Shown here: piece after piece, positions 59,091-64,000 of the stretch
Layout of the letters: every line of letters starts with the position of its first letter
How positions within the stretch are numbered: the first letter of the stretch is position 1
Assembly: GCA_002269645.1 (NCBI GenBank)
Contig: NIVC01000052.1
Coordinates: 62,001 to 126,000 of the forward strand
From: Macrostomum lignano
Lineage: Eukaryota
Length of the DNA: 64,000 nt
Reading direction: 5' to 3'
Translations under genes and position numbers: made by a program
The notes under the pieces: model-generated
Told to the model about the DNA's origin: nothing
Databases searched by the model: none
The model's input: the letters and a program-made list of their open reading frames with translations, nothing else

Positions 59091-59762
59091 CTATCCCATG
59101 ATGCGCAGGAGTCCACCGGATGCAACCCTGGTGATAGCCCCGGTCAGACTTCCGGTCACAGCCTCGACGATACTCCTTTTCCCCCAGCTGAAGAGCGTGC
59201 TGCACGCCTGATAGACGCTGTTGAAAGCGCTTTTCGCGTATTCGCGCATGCCAACGCGGCCACGCCAGACGTCGCCAAGGCCCAGAAAATGCAGGCTGAT
59301 CTTTTGCCCGTAGCGGCACAGAGTGGCAAAGTGCTCGCAGTTGTTGGCGGCAACATTGTAGTCCCAGTGCTTGTACAACCAGCTGCGAGCGTCGAACACA
59401 ATCTGCGGCCTTGGCTTGGCCGGCAGGTCGTAATCGTGCAAGTTGTTCTTGCGCACCAGTGTGCCACGGAATACTTCTACCAGTAGGCCTCGCTTAGCTG
59501 GGCCCGATCCGACAATGTGAATGACGTCTCCATTGCCTACATAAACAGCGTAGTGGCTGTAAAAAAATTGATATATGTAGTTGCCCTTCTGCTGCACGAG
59601 GTCGCCAGGCTGCAGATGGTTCACCAGGCTCTCTGGATCGCAGAAGTCGGAGGTGTCATGTCCACTGGCCTGACTGCCGGCATAGTTGTCGTATGCTGTC
59701 AGCGCTGAGCAACGAGTTTCTCTGTAGCCTCCGCTACGGTAGCTGCTGCTTGACTGTCCCAT
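59091..59762 (-). CDS. PLAAT/HRASLS-family (LRAT domain, permuted NlpC/P60) phospholipase A/acyltransferase, 223 aa, single coding exon
   Basis: PGDLV, H-box SHYAVYVG, second His VIH, NNLHD and NCEHF...RYG motifs with the catalytic Cys intact. N-terminal MGQSSS; moderately hydrophobic C-terminal tail. Confidence 0.92.
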   Translation of the reverse strand: MGQSSSSYRSGGYRETRCSALTAYDNYAGSQASGHDTSDFCDPESLVNHLQPGDLVQQKGNYIYQFFYSHYAVYVGNGDVIHIVGSGPAKRGLLVEVFRGTLVRKNNLHDYDLPAKPRPQIVFDARSWLYKHWDYNVAANNCEHFATLCRYGQKISLHFLGLGDVWRGRVGMREYAKSAFNSVYQACSTLFSWGKRSIVEAVTGSLTGAITRVASGGLLRIMG

Positions 59763-60921
59763 TCAGATGCAACAGCCGAATTCTGCTGCAGGATTCTCTC
59801 TGAGAGAGGAAATCTTGCCGACCTAAAACTTCTTGCACAGCGACTTAAAATTCCAGTAGTACTCGCGTATATAAGATGATTGTTGCTATAAGGTACTAGA
59901 ATGAAAAAAGGTTTGAAATTACCCTTAAATTGAGCATCCACTGCACTGAGAATCAATGTACATTATGACTTTGTCTTGGACACTTCATGGACACTGTACA
60001 CTCAGGAGAAGTTCTGCTTGAAGCTTTTAACTAATCTGCTCAATGTGCAATATTATTAGACAATTTCTAAACGGTATGCACTTGATACTGTAAGCCATTT
60101 AATTATTTTTCCACTTGTGTACATTCAGGTCTACACCCTGCAGAAGAAATAAGCGCTCTGTTTATTAGAGTTTATTTTTCGGGAAATTTCTGCTTCTTCT
60201 ACACATATTTAGTGTGTTTTCTATCTTTAAAGCATTTTTTTATTAAGTTGTCTGCATCAGAGTAGAGAGATTTTGAAAATTAGCGTTATCGAACTATCTT
60301 TACCAGTGTCCTGGTTGAGTATCTTGGCGTGAGCAAAAAGGGAACTTAGGGAGCATATTATAAGTAAGATTGTATTTTACACGTGTATTGCGTCGAATAG
60401 CATTTAGCACAGTATTGTAGCTCTCTCTAATAAGGTACTAAGAGAACGATAGCTTATTTTAGTTGCCGTATTTCTACATCATGCCTAAATTTAGCTTTTA
60501 CCTGTTCTCACAGTTTTTCGTAGACACAAAAGAAACGATGGCACTTTTTGCCCTGTTTTTATATTCATTTGACTCGGAGCTCGGGGGGAATAAACTGCAT
60601 GAAGCTTTTTTACCTTGTACAATCGCTTTTGCCAGTATCCTATGACGCTGACTTTTACCATCATGACAGCGTATTTTGTTGTTGTTGTTGTTGTAAGAAA
60701 AATGATTTTTAAAGCAAAAAAAGTATTAGTCCCGATACCTAGCTGTCCAGCCTAGGACATCAGCGTCCCCTGTGAGCTTTGGCATCGAAGCCTCCCTTCT
60801 TAAGCCATGGCTTAACCCTGACTCTCCCTTTGATCTGCCTTTGGCTTGGCTTCCAATTCACCCTTGGGATCTCAGCAACCGCCTTCTATCATGAGCCACA
60901 GCATTTCGGCAATGCTCTCAT

Positions 60922-61790
60922 GAGGGTCGCCATCATAAGCTCGAAAAATCACATCGTCGAAAAATTTAGCAACCACCATCACAAGCTCGAAAAATCACAA
61001 GCTCGAAAAATCATATTGTCGAAAAATGATTTAGTAGCCACCATCACAAGCTCGAAAAATCATAAGCTCGAAAAATCATAAGCTCGAAAAGTTTAGCAAC
61101 CACCATCACAAGCTCTAAAAGGCACAAGCTCTAACCCTAACCCGAAGGCACTAATCATAACCCTAAGGCACAAGTACCCTAACCTAACCCTAACCCCAAT
61201 CCAAACCTAATCCTAAACCCTAAACCCTAAGGCACAAGCTCTAACCCTAACCCTATTCGAGCTTGTGATGGTGATTGTTAGACTTTTCGACGATGTGATT
61301 TTTCGAGCTTATGATTTTTCGAGCTTTTGATGGTGGATGCTTTTCGACGATGTGATTTTTCGAGCTTATGACTTTTCGAGCTTTTGATGGTGGATGCTTT
61401 TCGACGATGTGATTTTTCGAGCTTGTGATGGTGGATGCTTTTCGACGATGTGATTTTTCGAGCTTATGACTTTTCGAGCTTATGATGGTGGATGCTTTTC
61501 GACGACGTGATTTTTCGAGCTTGTGATGGTGGATGCTTTTCGACGATGTGATTTTTCGAGCTTTTGATGGTGGATGCTTTTCGACGATGTGATTTTTCGA
61601 GCTTGTGATGGTGGATGCTTTTCGACGATGTGATTTTTCGAGCTTATGACTTTTCGAGCTTTTGATGGTGGATGCTTTTCGACGATGTGATTTTTCGAGC
61701 TTATGACTTTTCGAGCTTATGACTTTTCGAGCTTTTGATGGTGGATGCTTTTCGACGATGTGATTTTTCGAGCTAGTGATGGGCCCCCTC
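60922..61790. mobile_element. Foldback-type element with tandemly subrepeated inverted arms and a telomere-like core
   Basis: The left arm (GCCATCATAAGCTCGAAAAATCACATCGTCGAAAA...) is the reverse complement of the right-arm 41-nt unit TTTTCGACGATGTGATTTTTCGAGCTTGTGATGGTGGATGC. Core 61131-61254 has degenerate (CCCTAA)n. Confidence 0.75.
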
Positions 61791-62214
61791 TTATGAGCCT
61801 TGAAATCTCAGCAATTCCCCCCTCCCCAACAGCCACAGCATCTCAGGAATTTCCCACATAAAATGTTTATGTTTATGTTTTATGTTCGATGACATAAACT
61901 GTAACAGTTTGTGTAATTCAACACTCACACCAAGTCCGTTAGAGTAAAAGTTACAGAAAGCAGTTATGACGTAATAATGAGTTTCTCAGTCGTTCAGTTT
62001 TCAAGTCGAAAATTCTGCTTGACCTTTGCAAAAAAACAAGTTTTTCGAATACGAGTATTTAATTCCCTTAGCATTGAGCAATCAATGTGATTGATTCATG
62101 GATTGATTCCGAAAAAAATCCCATCCAATAGTTAAAATTTGAAGAAAATTAGTCCAACCTCTATGTAGATAATCGATGGCATTTAAGCACGAAAGTAGAG
62201 TATAATAGAAGATT

Positions 62215-64000
62215 CCGAATAGATTCCGAATAGATACAGAATAGATACAGAATAGATACAGAATAGATACAGAATAGATACAGAATAGATACATGTACAG
62301 AATAGATACAAAATAGATACATGTACAGAATAGATACAGAATAGATACAGAATAGATACAGAATAGATATAGAATAGATACAGAATAGATACAGAATAGA
62401 TACAGAATAGATATAGAATAGATACAGAATAGATACAGAATAGATACAGAATAGATACAGAATAGATATAGAATAGATACAGAATAGATACAGAATAGAT
62501 ACAGAATAGATACAGAATAGATACAGAATAGATACAGAATAGATACGGACTAGATACACAATAGATACATGTACAGAATAGATACAGAATAGATACAGAA
62601 TAGATACGGACTAGATACAGAATAGATACATGTACAGAATAGATACAGAATAGATACAGAATAGATACAGAATAGATATAGAATAGATACACAATAGATA
62701 CAGAATAGATACAGAATAGATACAGAATAGATATAGAATAGATACAGAATAGATACAGAATAGATACATGTACAGAATAGATACAGAATAGATACGGACT
62801 AGATACAGAATAGATACAGAATAGATACAGAATAGATACAGAATAGATACAGAATAGATACAGAATAGATACAGAATAGATACATAATAGATACAGAATA
62901 GATACAGAATAGATACAGAATAGATACAGAATAGATACAGAATAGATACAGAATAGATACATGTACAGAATAGATACAGAATAGATACGGACTAGATACA
63001 GAATAGATACATGTACAGAATAGATACAGAATAGATACGGACTAGATACAGAATAGATACATGTACAGAATAGATACAGAATAGATACATGTACAGAATA
63101 GATACAGAATAGATACGGACTAGATACAGAATAGATACATGTACAGAATAGATACAGAATAGATACAGAATAGATACAGAATAGATACAGAATAGATACA
63201 GAATAGATACATGTACAGAATAGATACAGAATAGATACGGACTAGATACAGAATAGATACATGTACAGAATAGATACAGAATAGATACGGACTAGATACA
63301 GAATAGATACATGTACAGAATAGATACAGAATAGATACGGACTAGATACAGAATAGATACATGTACAGAATAGATACAGAATAGATACAGAATAGATATA
63401 GAATAGATACAGAATAGATACAGAATAGATACAGAATAGATACAGAATAGATATAGAATAGATACAGAATAGACACAGAATAGATACAGAATAGACACAA
63501 TAGATACAGAATAGATACAGAATAGATACATGTACAGAATAGATACAGAATAGATACAGAATAGATACAGAATAGATACAGAATAGATACAGAATAGACA
63601 CAATAGATACAGAATAGATACAGAATAGATACAGAATAGATATAGAATAGATACAGAATAGATACATAATAGATACAGAATAGATACAGAATAGATACAG
63701 AATAGATACAGAATAGATACGGACTAGATACAGAATAGATACATGTACAGAATAGATACAGAATAGATACGGACTAGATACAGAATAGATACATGTACAG
63801 AATAGATACAGAATAGATACGGACTAGATACAGAATAGATACATGTACAGAATAGATACAGAATAGATACAGAATAGATATAGAATAGATACAGAATAGA
63901 TACAGAATAGATACAGAATAGATACAGAATAGATACAGAATAGATACAGAATAGATATAGAATAGATACAGAATAGATACAGAATAGATATAGAATAGAT
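62215..64000. repeat. 11-nt minisatellite ACAGAATAGAT running off the window end
   Basis: Period-11 tandem with ACATGT and ACGGACT variants. Confidence 0.97.

Noticed and set aside
59091-59830. Retrogene origin of the intronless LRAT-domain gene
   Set aside because: No poly(A) remnant or TSD seen, and a plausible 5' UTR acceptor (minus-strand TTTTAG|) lies near 59823. A single coding exon alone is weak evidence.

Overview
This is eukaryotic (metazoan) genomic DNA with GT-AG spliced genes. The style (GC-rich exons with poly-Ala/Gln/Gly tracts, introns made largely of minisatellites) resembles the flatworm Macrostomum lignano; that taxon call is inference only. I can support four protein-coding loci. 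(1) A 4-exon Shox-type PRD-class homeobox gene (+, 4102-7774). (2) A 16-core-exon SLC4A11/BTR1-like transporter (+, core 36066-52804) with up to four candidate alternative first exons spread over 11.3-35.4 kb. (3) A frameshifted secreted C-type-lectin + PAN-like gene (-, 54532-55235). (4) An intact PLAAT/HRASLS (LRAT-domain) enzyme with an N-myristoylation motif (-, 59091-59762). The rest is dominated by more than 40 different tandem arrays and several non-autonomous DNA elements: a PIF/Harbinger-type MITE sitting in a satellite TAA, two hAT-like MITEs, a Helitron-like element and a foldback element with a telomere-like core. Most long ORFs in the ORF track are artefacts of tandem repeats. I found no rRNA, tRNA or CRISPR array. 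The most unusual signals are: almost every intron carries its own private minisatellite starting right at the 5' splice site; three unrelated simple-repeat blocks are bracketed by similar TA|CAATA...TATTG|TA inverted termini; and complementary intronic microsatellites flank frame-preserving exon blocks. Exon boundaries were derived by hand from splice consensus and phase continuity. Repeat boundaries are approximate (about +/-20 nt).
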